This document shows positions 14,458 through 26,780 of a DNA stretch of 64,000 bases, one piece after another. The notes beneath the pieces are model-generated. The model was not told the DNA's origin. It ran no database searches and saw only the letters and a list, made by a program, of their open reading frames with translations. The stretch comes from the human T2T-CHM13v2.0 reference genome, Homo sapiens, in NCBI RefSeq assembly GCF_009914755.1, contig NC_060925.1; one strand, 5' to 3'. A program made the translations under genes and the position numbers. Every line of letters starts with the position of its first letter. Position 1 is the stretch's first letter.

Positions 14458-15752
14458 ACTCACTCCTGTTATGAGGGCCTAGTCTAGCACCCACTCTAGA
14501 ATTTTGAAACCTCATTGATAGCTTTTCCTTGCCCCAAAGCACACATCCAGGACTGCCAAACAGGGCAACCCAAAACTTCTCTCAGAGCTTCCTCCAGCCC
14601 AGGGGCAGCTGTCCCCAGCTGGGCGGACCCAAAGATGGACAACAGAGGAGACTGGGAACAAAGAGGTCTAGTCCAGGTCACTCTGCAGGGCCACAGTGGG
14701 TGGCCCTTAGGATGTAGTGAGAGTACAGAATTGGGAGCCCTAGAGTGCTGTAAGCAAAAGGGAGAGCAATGTACAAAGTTTCAAAAGTTTCAAACCTTCC
14801 AAGTGCAAAGAGATGAGGTGGAGAATGTCATTCCCCAAGGAAAGTAATCGAGTATAAATATTTACCGGGTGCCTATTTTTTTTTTAACCGAAGTGAGAGC
14901 AAGACCTTAAGAGTAAGGATATGTGTAGGTGAGTGGGGGCAGTGTTCTAACCCATCCACTAGCTTTAGAACTTGGAGCAGGGGCAGAGGAAGAAAACTCC
15001 AAAAGGTGACAAGTTTTGAAATTTGTGCAGGGGTGACGGTTTTTGGTAAGGCGAGCGAGGCTGGGCGCAGAGCAAATTCTGTCTACTTCTACCTCCTCCG
15101 CGGTGGGGTTGCTGAAGTGGGAATTCAAACTCAGCTTCCCAATCTTAAATGCAAGGTTTTTGTTTGGTTGGTTGTTTGGTTTTGTTTTTCCTTTTCACGG
15201 ACTGTTCATTCCGAACACCCCTGGCCTGGGACCTGGAGCCTCATCCCTGATTCGCTTCCCTCGAATTCCTTAATGTCCACTTCTGGCTCTCCCAGTCCCT
15301 GTGCAAGGTGGGCACACCGGCCCCTTCCCAGCAATCCGCTCCGTGTCTATACTTTCTGAATCAACCAAGAGCCACAAAACTTTTCCTGCTTCTCTCCTCC
15401 CCAGTCTCCCGGTTCTGGCTGCAACTTCGCACTCCGCGCCTCTGGCAACCAGAAGAGACCCTGGCATCTCCAAAGCGCTTTATCTCAGTCCATTGGAACC
15501 AGTCGTGCTGACCGATTCACACCTCGGCTAACGCACACTCGCGGGGGTGATGGCCTTCCCTTCCCCTCCCACCCCCGTCAGCTCCCAGGTGAGGCGCTGG
15601 CCCCGGGGGGGAAGCAGCTGTGGGCGGCAGTGCGTGGGTTGGGCAGGGGTCCCTTCCCTCCGTGAGACTCTGCTCTGCTGTTCAGCCTCCCAGAAAGCCT
15701 CCACCCTCCCCGCGGCGAAGCCAAGCGGCCGCGGCGCGCGGGCGGTACTCAC

Positions 15753-15831
15753 GCAGCAAACTCAGCAAGCAAAGCGCGGTCCAGCCCCGCGGCATCCTGG
15801 GCCCTGCGCGCGCGCCCCTGCGGACCAGCAT
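15753..15831 (-). CDS. CD34: CD34 exon 1 coding part (79 nt; signal peptide [26 protein letters not shown])
   Basis: ATG at 15831-15829 (context GGAAGG-ATG). Translation matches the CD34 N-terminus as I know it. Donor C|GTGAGT starts at 15752; phase 1. Confidence 0.97.
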
Positions 15832-16089
15832 CCTTCCCGCGCGGCTCCTAGAGAGACGCACCGAGTGGAAGACACTACTCGGCTTGGCCAGGACGCGCTC
15901 TTCCCGCCCCCTCCGCCCGGGAGAGGGGTGGGGGATTCTTGCTTTTTTCCTCTCTTCTCCCCTCCCTTTTTAGTCTTGGCAAGGCAGCGCCTCTCCTTGG
16001 CTGCTACTAACTTGAGCTCCCCTGGTTGGTCCCAAAGGCGGAGGGCGTTAGGAGGGAGGCTGGGTTGCCGCCGTCGAGGCCAAAAAAGG
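15832..16089 (-). other. CD34: CD34 5' UTR (long form, about 258 nt; no upstream ATG)
   Basis: CCTTTTTTGGCCTCGACGGCGG... matches the CD34 cDNA 5' end as I recall it. There is no CAT on the + strand in this span. The exact TSS cannot be derived from sequence alone. Confidence 0.7.
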
Positions 16090-19000
16090 TGGAGGTTTGT
16101 TCGGGCTCCAGATGCCTCGTTCAGCTTTCTGGAGAGGCCCCATCCCACTTCTTCAAGCTCCACTTCCACTTAACTTTTAACCCCTTTGTGGCAGCCTTGC
16201 CGGTGGCCAGGGCAGGGGCAAGTTTCCTCCGATTTTTTCCCCACTTTTCTTTCCTTGTGATTTTCCTTTATTTTTAAGTTGTAAGCCAGTAACAATCTTG
16301 CAAAAGGAATCTACTGTAAGGACCTCAGTTTAGAAGTGTGAGCATTTCGTTAATCAGGTAAAACTTAACCACAATGTGGCACATTTAGTGATAGCCTCAC
16401 CAGATCCTGTGCTGTGTGTGAGTGAAGCGTCAGGAGTGAGCAGGTATACGTGACTATAAGTATTCATTTTGGCTGTCCAAACCATTCTTGGAGACTTTTT
16501 CTTTCTTTTCTTTTCTTTTTTTTTTCCTGCAAGACCTTTTTGTGTTATGTTAACTTTTTGCTAACTTGTGTTAACTTTTCCTGTGACCTTCCATATTTCC
16601 CCATTTAGTTCCCCATCACCATCATCCTAAAGAAAAAGGACTTCCCTGGATGCCTTCTCCCCAGTTATCCCCTCTCCAGCCCTGGGTCTAAGCCACTAGG
16701 GATTTCACCTTGCTCTCCCATCAGAAAAAGGACTTTCTGTGACTCCATCCTCCACCACTTGATAGATCCTTGAGCTTCCTGTTCCTCACCAGTTCCTCTG
16801 GGTGTTGGTTGTACTGAATAGAAGAAACTCTGAGCCGGGTAGGCAGCCTAGTCTTGGGGACGTAGAGACGGGAGAAAGGAGAAGCCAGCCTGGGCAGATG
16901 ATGGCACCAGGGGAGGATCAGATAAGGTATAACCTGGGAGAGGCTGCTCTGATATCCAGAGCAGAATCATGAAATTATAAATACTCAGTTCAGGCTCTTC
17001 CATGATGTCTGTACCACATAGCCTAAAGGGAAAAAAGAGAAGCCAGACCAGCACTCTGTGGTCCTTTCTGATTTCTCCGCAGACACTCTAGCATTATAAA
17101 AGTAGCTTTACCTTTATAGTCCATCTCAAACCTACTATGCGTTGGGGTTGCACAGGAGAAGGATCCAGGTCTAAAAACAAACCCAAAATCTCCTTATTCT
17201 GGTCTTGTTGCCTAGCATTCCTTTAAACAGGGAACAAAGTCTTTCATCACACAATAAGAGCAAAGGCCTGATATGCTAATTTGATTGAATACAACGGAAT
17301 GGTATGAATCTGTTTCAAAGTACAAATGATGATTCAGAACTGATCACATAGTGATGGCAAGGGCCTGGGGACAGAAGGAGTGGCAAACATGCATTTTAAA
17401 ATCAGTCATTGGTCCTTGGGACTCCCAATTAACAGGGAAAAGGAGTTAGTTCCAACACTGCCAGGCCCCCCACTCCCCTCAACTTCCTCAGCTCCAGGGA
17501 CCGCTGGGTCTGCTTCAGGCATCCAGTGTGCAGTTGAGAACAAATGTGGGGTTGTAATCCCTGCTAGATATGAAAGCTAATTTGGTCCACTTTAACTTCC
17601 ATTTCCAGATTTTTTTTTTCTGGTTACTTTAAATACCATTTGTCTCCCATAGCTGGACCACGGGAAACAGGGGAAATAACTTGTCTTTCTTTAGTACCTG
17701 AACTTCTTAACTAGCTTTGGGAGCAAAGAGAGAGAGAATGATTCTGTGGAGCAGAGTTTTCTCAAAGCATGGTCTACACAGAATCAAGGGTGAGGGCCAG
17801 AATCTGTACTTTGAGTAAGTATTCTCCATGACTCATGCACACTGAGGTTCAAGAAGCCCTGGTATAGAAAGAACACTTGCTGGGTACAAGGAGCAAGGGC
17901 GAAGTGGATGTCAGGCTTCAGGGAGGAAAAATAGAAGTAGGGGATATGGGAGGCTGGCAAATCCCTTCCTCTGAGAGACCAGAGCTGTTTCTTCTCTGGC
18001 TTGCAAAGGTTATGGATAGCCCCAGAACTACAAAGCTAGACAGTGATTGGCCACTCTTCATATTTTCCAGGGTCACTGAGACTCATCACCCCAAGCACAC
18101 ACACCCTTGCCCAAGCCACCCCCAAACACACGTTCTGGCCACTGGACACAAGGGTACCCAGGGACCCCAGCCTTACATTTCCTCACAGGCCAGGTAGAGT
18201 TGAGCTATGTAGTCTCTTCAAAGTTCTAGCCTTTCTGGGCTGCTCCTCAATTCTCTGCTCTCCTGCTTCATAAGCTGTTGCTAGAAGATGTTAGCTACAC
18301 CGCACAAAATGGAGGATACAACAGAAATACACTGAGTCAGAGGCTGTCTCAGGCCCTTTACAGACCCTTGGAGGTCACAACCACTTTTACTATTAAACAT
18401 CCCTTACCTCACCCCTCCCCAAAATACACACGCATCATGTCAATCAACCTAAAAGAGGACCTCATCCTATGTCAAATATGTCTGATGTTAAAAAAGTAAG
18501 GAAAATGGTTGTTATAATTCTGAATTTTAAAATATATTCATTTTGTTCTTATAATTCAAACTTTATTATATTTACATGAAACTATGAAAGAGTTGAATTG
18601 CAGTTTACAAGTTGAGTTGACATTTTTGTAGGCATTTAATGAAAAATTTGTGAATTTTGATTTTCCAATTTTATATTTTGGAACCAAGACTTTTTTCCCA
18701 CATTGCAAACTTTTTTTTTTTTTTTTTTTCAGTTTGGCAGGGATCCTTAGCGGTAGAAGTGTTCAGATGCTGGACTGATGCAGTGACAACCTGCAAGTCC
18801 CTTTTTTCCTCTTTCCACCTTCTAGTCTCCCTCCAGTGCCTCCTCTTGGCAGAACCTAACAAGAAATCAGCTGACAAGGGAGTCTGGGAACCAGTGTCCT
18901 GTGGTAAGTCACCATGATGCAATGTTTGCCTCCATGATAGGCAGGCTATTCCAGAGGCCACAGATCAGGAAGTCTCAGACCAAATTATGATGATCAAATC

Positions 19001-19529
19001 ACAAGGGTTATGGAATCTATTTAAAGCATAGAGCCAGAACCAAGGGGACAGATTTACACAAGGTTGATACACTTGGGAATGCAAGCAGGGCAAAAGTCCT
19101 GCACAGTCTCACAGCCTCAGTCATGTGTTTCGCTCTGCAGTGGTATAGTTATGAGGACCAGAACTGAGATTGAGTAAGGGGATCAATATGAGGAAGATGC
19201 TTAGAACCAAGGTATACTCATTCTATTGAGAGATGTTTAAGGGTAGGTAGGCTTGGCCACAGGTCTTTGTCAGTGTTCTGGGAAGCCATACTTTTTGCCA
19301 GTATTTCTTGGGTAGAGCTTATGGGGGGCCAGAAGGTGCCACCAGTAGGTAGTCAATTTAGGGATGACATGGACACCAGCCAGAAGGTGGCATAATCTAT
19401 ACCTCATGGCTTATGATTTGTTTTTTCCTATCCTTTTCTGCCTGTAAGTAGCACTCTTGTTTGTTCCATCCTTTTGTAGTCTATTCCATTTATTCTGTTT
19501 TACATGTCTTGCAGGTTACTAACTTACTA

Positions 19530-19727
19530 TAGATTGAGAATCCCAAGTCTGAAATTTGAAATGCTCCAAATTCTGAAACTTTTCGAGTACTGACATGGCA
19601 CTCAAAGGAAATGCTCATTGAGGCATTTTGGATTTCAGATTTCTGGAATGGGGTGCTCAACATATAAGTGTAATGCAAGTATTCCAAAATCCAAAAAGTA
19701 TCCCGGATAAGGGATACTCCATCCTGC
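19530..19727. mobile_element. Tigger4a/MER46A-type element
   Basis: AAATGCTCCAAATTCTGAAAC...GGATAAGGGATACTC. Confidence 0.75.
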
Positions 19728-19949
19728 ATTTTTAGCACATCTTCTGAATTCTGCCTATGTCTCACAAATGACTTGCTTACTTTGTATCTATAGTTAATAC
19801 ATCTGATGAGTTTCACCCACCTGCTTTTCTTGTCCTCTGTATGAAACTGAATATTCTCATGTAACAGAGCAAACACACATTGTAGCCAGTATTATAGAGA
19901 AAAGTACAGAGGAGTGAGGTTGGGGCTGAGGGAGACAAAATAAATAACT

Positions 19950-21850
19950 AGCAGAAAACCAGTTTTATGTATTTTTCATACAGCTAACCATTTTCCTAGT
20001 TGCATTTACTGAGTAGTCTCTTCTTTCCCTTCTGACCTGACATGCCATTTCTGTCGTGTTCCACATTTCATACGTATGTGGGTCTGGCTCTAGGCTCTCT
20101 AGCATTGGTCAGTATGGACACCCCAAGTGCCTTCGCCATTGCCTTATTTACTGTAGCATTAAATAAGTTCAGACATCTGTAGGGCAAGTTTTCCTCTCCC
20201 AAATTGTCTTCAGAAATGCCCTGACTATTCTTGGCTCTTTGTTCTTCCAAATAATAATAATAATATACAATTTTATAAATGCTTATCAGATTTCCTTCCA
20301 AAACAGCCTTTTGGATTTTGATCAAAATTCCTCCATAGATCAACCTGGGGAGAACGGAATCTTTCCTTCAGAGAACTTGGTATATATCTCCATTGTTTGA
20401 GTCTTCATTAAAGTTTATAATTTTCCCTGTAATGGTTTTAATTCATTCATTATTGTTAAGTGATAAATTCATTTAATTCATTGTTAGATTTATTCCTAGG
20501 TAATTTATGTCCTCTAAGACTATGGCAAATATTATCTTCTTTTTAATTATTTTTGTTGCTGGTGTATGAAATTGCAATTTATTGTTTTATATTAATCTTT
20601 TATTGAGCTACCTTATTAACTTATCTTATTAGATTGAAGTATTTCTAGATTATTTTGGGTTTTATATGTAAATGATCATATCACAAGCAAATAGTGACAA
20701 TTTTATGTTTCCTTCCCAATCCTTCTGCAACTGATTTGTTTTACTTAAGTTAATATACTGGCAAGAACATCTAAGGATAGAAAGGAGTGGTGATCATGCA
20801 CATCCTCACCTCATTCCAGATTTTGAAGTGTAAGCTTCTAATGTTTCCACATTTGCTTAATTTTTTAAATGTGCTTTTTATTTATTTAGTTATCATTTTT
20901 AAATTATTATTTTATCTTAGAGACAGGGGCTTGCTATATTGTCCAGGCTGGTCTCGAACTCCTGGCCTCATGTGATCCTCCCACCTTGGCTTCTTAAAGT
21001 GCTGGTATTATAGGAATGAGTTGCTGCAACTGGCCTATATGTGCTTTTTATCATTTTAAGGTTATTCTCTTCTATTCCTAATTGACTAAAAGATTTTTTT
21101 CTTTAATAATGAACTAATGATGATTTTTTTCAAATGCCTTATCTATACCTATTAAAATTACATATGGTTTTTCTCTTTTAATATGGTAGTATGGTGAATT
21201 ACATTTGTAGATTTTCTAACATTAAATCAACTTTGCCTTCTTGAGTTAAACCAAACTTTGTCAGTGTATTATCTTTTTTATACACTGTAGAATTTAATTT
21301 ACTAATACAATCTTCTATTTATGATTTTTGCTTCTATAGTCATAAATGAAACAGCCCTGTAATTTTTCCTTTTCTTCTTGTCATAGTCTGGTTTTGGTAT
21401 TGGGGTTACAGAGTCCATATAAAATGAGTTGGAGAGTATTTCCCTTTTTTTCTATTCTCAAGAAAAGTTTTTTATGAGACTGGGATGATCACTTCCTTTT
21501 AAGATTTGTGGGAACTTGCCTGTAAAATCATTTGGGCCTAGTATTTAATGTGGGATTATTTAACAATACTGCTTGCATTTTTGTAATTGTTGAATTCTCA
21601 GATTTAAAAAAATTTCTTCTTGAGTACATTTTGTTATTTTCCTAGGAAACTGAGTATTTATCAAACCTTTCAAATTGTTGTTGATAAAATTCCTATTTGC
21701 TTGTTAATCTGTACTTTATCTAGAGTGTGTTCCCTTTTTAATTTGTGCTATTACTTCTTTGTGAATAATTTGTCTTAATTTATTACAGATACTTAAATTA
21801 TAAAAGTTTTCAAATTACTTACATGTATATATACATATGTTAAATATACT
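19950..21850 (-). mobile_element. Old L1M fragment with nested FLAM-type Alu (about 20905-21035)
   Basis: T-rich antisense L1 ORF2 signatures (TTGTTAGATTTATTCCTAGGT; ATAAAATGAGTTGGAGAGT). Confidence 0.75.
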
Positions 21851-22241
21851 TATATGTTACTTCCAATGGGTTGGAGGTGATTCTTATGTTGTGAAAACGC
21901 CCTTCTCTTGCGCTTGAGCGGGTGGAGCTGTTTCTTAGAAGGGAGTGAGCTTGGACTGATCAACCAGTGCAAGGCGCCCAAGATAATCTGTTGGTGTGTT
22001 TCATAGACCCCTTGGGATGTTAGCAAAAGCAAAAATGTAATGATGTTCAGAACAGAGCAGTAAAATGCAATGCCTTGTGTCCCCCTCCCCTCCAAGCATA
22101 ATTCTAGGGCTGCCGTCCCAGTTTTGCCTCCTAAGGGACAACCTTGTGAGTGAGTGAGAAAGATGTGGTGTTTCAGCTAGACTACTACAGAGTCCACAGC
22201 TTTTCTGTCATTGCTACAGCTATTAAGACCTAGTGACCTGA

Positions 22242-22545
22242 AGCCAAGAGCGGTGGTTCATGCCTATAATCCCAGCACGTTGGGAGGCCGAGGTGGGTGG
22301 ATTACCCGAGGTCAGGAGTTCAAAACCAGCCTGGCCAACATGGCAAAACCTCGTCTCTACTAAAAATTACAAAAATTAGCTGGGCGTGGTGGTACGCGCC
22401 TGTATTCCCAGCTACTTGGGAGGCTGAGGCAGGAGAATCGCTGGAACCCAGGAGGCGGAGGTTGCAGTGAGCCAAGGTCGCGCCTCTACACTCCAGCCTG
22501 GCTGACAAAGTGAGACTCTGTCTCAAAAAAAAAAAAAAAAAAAAA
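22242..22545 (+). mobile_element. Alu (AluSx/Sz-like)
   Basis: TSD AAGACCT(A/G)GTGA(C/T)CTGA at 22225-22241 and 22546-22562. Confidence 0.95.
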
Positions 22546-23847
22546 AAGACCTGGTGATCTGACATATAAGTGGGGAAGAAAAGCATGTCACAGTATGACG
22601 CTATTTTGTTGTGGCAGAGGTAAAAAGTCAGTGTCAGTGGTAATACATGTCTCATATACACACATAATGATTTGTCTCAGTGTTGGAAGTGTGGGTAATT
22701 TTCAGTTTCGTCCTCACTCCAGTATGCAACACATACATTTGTTTTTCACAATAAACATGTGCTACTTTTACAAACAAAAATACATAAAGCTATATTTCTG
22801 TGAAAAGGAGAAGATGTGGCAATTATGCATTACCGTAGTTATTTTCTTCGGATTTGTCAGGTCCTGAGCTGTCCACAGGAGCTGTCAGGTGACAGGGGAA
22901 ACAGCTTGGCCAAAGGGCGAATATGTCAGCGATAAGGGAGACTTAAGTAAAGATTCCTTACACCCTGGGAAGCAGCTCCCTGAGAACAGCTCAGAAATCC
23001 ATTGTTTGTGGATTTGTGTCTGTAATTCTGGTATTGTCTCTGCTCATTTCCCTCTGTAGTAGCTAAGCTTTCAGTCAATCTTCCTGATGGTGTAGGCCTA
23101 ACTCAACATTGCTCATGAATACTACCGACAGCATTTATACCTCCATTAAAGCCAGATATCAAAGGGGGTTCAGGTTACCCTGGGGGTGATGTTGTCATTG
23201 ATTCAAGAAAACTCCATAATGAAGGATTTATTCAGGAAAACAAAAATAGAACTACTTTGCGAAAGGTCCTTCCCCACTTGGAAATTCTCTTTCTGGTGCT
23301 ACCTAAAGGTAGGTATAGGAAAGCAATCTTTTTTCACTAAAGTGTCCAGGAATCTGTCTCAAGGGGCTGGATCTTCCCGAACCCAATATTGCATCAGTTC
23401 ACGGCCCAACAGGCTGTGAAAGCCAGGGACTTAACAGCCTTTGTCTCTGTAAACCCAAATAGAGAGCTTTAATGGCATACATCTTACGGAAGCCAAAGCA
23501 AAGAGGATGGCTATTTTTAACTTGAGGCAGGAAAATGTGGCTGGAAAGGAAACATCTGTCCCAAACTATTCTCTTGAGCTTTATACAGAGGTCCCATCTA
23601 TCATGAAGCCATCAAAAATAAAATAAGGTGTTGGTCCAGGCCTGGGTCCGAAAGAAAAAGGCAAAGCTTCCCTACGTCACATTTCTCCCACTTCTAGGCT
23701 TTTGAGTTGGGCCTATGGCCTGGAAGAGACCACCTCAGAGGCAGAGCATGGGGGCATGGCTCAAGGACAACCTAATTCCTGTGAATTTTATGGACCCCTC
23801 CTAGTTTAACATCTTCATCCAAAATGGCCCCACCCTTTAAGGTTCAG

Positions 23848-24020
23848 ATTTTGCAGACTCTCCAGCCAGGAGCCATCAGAGGTCTAGTACTAGGAGAGTA
23901 AGACATTCTAAGGTCTCGGTGCTAAGGTCTCAATTTGGAAATTAGGTCTTGGGACCTTAGAAGGTCTTATACTTCTAGCACCAGACCTCTGGTGACTCCT
24001 GACTGGGGAGTCTACAAAAT
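23848..24020. repeat. Imperfect inverted repeat: 70-bp arms with a 33-bp spacer
   Basis: Arm 23848-23917 against the reverse complement of 23951-24020 gives 58/70 identical, ungapped (manual alignment). Confidence 0.92.
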
Positions 24021-25819
24021 TTCCTTGGCAGTTCTGGCTGTTGGTCCTTGAGCAGAGAAGCCATTCTTTCTTCCATAAGCAGCAAGAAAGTTCCTTATTT
24101 TTCAAAGACACGCCAGTCACCTGTGTGTCTGACTGAGGTGACAAAGGGGCAAGTGTGAGCCTACCAAGCGTCAGAGATGTTTTTGCCTCAGTAGAAGCAC
24201 TATACATCATTCTGAGCACATAGAGCAAGGTCAAATTCACCCATCAGAGGCTCAGGATGAATTAAGTGTTGGAGGAGGTAGGGTTGCAGCAGATAGTGCT
24301 CAGGTTGTGCACTGCACAAAGCCAGGAGCTCCATATAGACTGGAATCTATGTCTATTCACATAGACAGCAGATGGAGAAGAGGAGAAGCAAGACAGTGTG
24401 TTGTTGGCTCAGGTGGTTCTCAGTCTTTGTCTTGGAGAACTGATCAGAATATTCATGGTGCAGTTCTGTGTTCTTTTTCCCATTTTCTCTTCCTCTTTTT
24501 CTTTTTATTTGATTTTTTTTCTCTTTCCTGTTTTCAGTCAAAGATTTGGCTAGGAGAAGAACACTTTACTTTTTTTTTCCAAATTGAGTAGAGAGTTGCC
24601 AGGAGAAATGACAAGGAAAGAATAAGAGTAAAAGAGCATGTAGGGATCCACTCCCTCCCTCTCTGGGTGTACTCTCTGCAGAGCAGTGTCTGAGCAGCAG
24701 GGCTTGGAGGGTGTGAAACAGGGTTGCCAAATTGCATAAGTCTCTAAAAAGATCCATATGTCTGGGCTCTACCAAGCCTCTGAGCTCAGGGAGGGGGCCA
24801 ATAACATCATCTGCTGGATGGGAGTGCAGTTCTCTTCCTCTGGGGAGGATTAGATGTCAGCTTGAATAGATGCTGTTAGGCTTTTGATGACCCAGATTGG
24901 GAATTCGGGGTGTCGGTGTTTGGGGAAGGGAGGAAAGAAGAGGAGCACAGAGCAGAGCAAATAGGAAAGATGAAGTTTGTAAGCTAGAGTCTGTGAAACA
25001 TTGAGTAGGAAGGGAGTTTAAAAACCCTGGGACATTGAGTTTTCTTTGAAATTTTTTCCCATGCCAGGACATTTTTGGGGAGCCACTGTGCAGATGAATG
25101 CCAAACCATTTGCCCACTTCATGGGAAGTCTAGACTCTTTATTCCCACAATTAACTCTCTATAGACAAGGGAGAGCTCACTGTCTTCCCCGCCACTTCTT
25201 CAAGCTCTAAACTATAGCTTCCTCTGGGGTAGAGGGTAGCAGATGGTGTACAGCTGTGGGACACATCTGGTCTTGCGGGGATCAGAGGAAGACACAGAGG
25301 CCAGTTGAAATCCCAGTGGCTACCCTGGAGGCCTGTCTACAAAGATCAGGGGTGGTACCCCTGACATCTACCCAGATCCCATCTTGGGCAGACTTCACAT
25401 TTTTCCTTAGTCCCCCATGCCTCCTCTCTACTCCAGCTTTAACTGAATTACAGGGAGATGATTTTGTGAGAGTGGCCAGGCAGCTGCTTCCCAGATGTGT
25501 GCATTCTGCAGAAATGGTCATATCCAAACTGGAGAGCTTTGGGAGGATTGGTTGGGGATATTAGGGACAGGGCCTTGGAAATTCCTCTGAGGATGTATTA
25601 ACCTATGGGGAACAAGCCCAGCGACCAGCTGATGACCCCAGGGTAAAAGATTGGAGCTAGAGAGGGATTGGGAAGGTCCTGGAATGTTCTCAGCTCTCCT
25701 TTCCAAAACTCTGTGTCCAAACATATGACTTTACTACATTTGCCAGATGACCTGATTCATTTAGCATGTATGTGTGTGTTTTCTCAACAAGTAGAAAATT
25801 ATCTTCTCTAGGAAGGTCT

Positions 25820-26780
25820 TGAACCTACCACTTCTCACCTGGAATATCAGTGGCCTCTACTCTGGTCTCCCTAGGACCATTCTTGAGTTGCTCCTGTCCA
25901 TTCTTCACACAGCAGGTAAAGAAAAGCACAGTTGGCCCTCCGTTTCTCTGGGTTCTGCATTTGTGGATTCTAAAAATATTCCCCCCAAAATCGCATCTGT
26001 ATTAAACATGTGCATACTTTTTTCTTGTTATCATTCCCAAAACTATACAATATAATATCTATTTACATAGCATTTGCATTGCATTAGGTATTATAAGTAA
26101 TCTAGAGATGATTTAAAGTATCCAGGAGGATATGCATAAGTTATATACAAATACTCTGCCATTGTGTATCAGGGACTTGAGCATTTGCAGATTTTGTTAC
26201 CCACAGTTGGGGGAGGGAATCCTGGAGCCAATCCCCCGTATTTAAAATTAAAACTGGACCATCTCATTCCCCTGCTGAAAACACTTCAATAGCTTCCTTT
26301 TTTTCTAAAATAAAATGGAAAACTTTTCTCCATGGCTTATAAGACCTCAAGGGGTTGGACTCCAACCTGCTTCTCCCACCTCATTTGGTAGATCCTTCCC
26401 CTCGCTCCAGCTCCTAAAACTCCCCAAGCTCTTTTCCAACCTCAAACCTTTACTCAAGCTGTTCCTTTGCCGAATTTCTTCTCTCCCCTGCTCACTTTCT
26501 GCAAAGTGGCTCCCCCTCCTCTTCTGGTCTTCCCTAACCACCCAATTGAAAATAAGCATCTCACCATTCCCTTTATTCCCTCTCACAGTACTTTCTTCTA
26601 GAATCTCATCATTGCCCTTACCACATTTTACAAGTGACATTCACTTGTTTGTTGCTTGTCTTCCCCATTTGATTGTAAGCAACATGAGGGTAGAAACCAG
26701 GTATATTTTGTGCTCTGGTGCAGTGTACACCAAAAATAGACATTCAACATTTATTAAATGAATGAATAAAGTGTATCTTT
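25820..26780 (-). mobile_element. L2 3' fragment with nested MER2 (about 25929-26240)
   Basis: L2 end ...TTTATTAAATGAATGAAT; MER2 start CAGTTGGCCCTCCGT. Confidence 0.7.

Larger units (their letters stand above)
15400..16450 (-). promoter_or_regulatory. CD34: CD34 CpG-island, TATA-less promoter
   Basis: CpG-dense around 15500-16100. GC boxes (CCCGCCCC, CTCCGCCC) at 15903-15918, RUNX-type AACCACA at 16367-16373, and TGATAG at 16389-16394. Confidence 0.85.

Noticed and set aside
15547-16173. 208-aa + strand ORF and 135-aa minus-strand ORF over the CD34 promoter
   Set aside because: Both begin at GTG, lie in GC-rich CpG-island sequence where stops are scarce, and show no recognisable domain.
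19325-19395. CTCF-like motifs (CCAGAAGGTGGCA)
   Set aside because: Partial consensus matches only; not supportable without ChIP data.
21930-21990. STAT site TTCTTAGAA near AGATAA
   Set aside because: Two short motifs are expected by chance in 64 kb.
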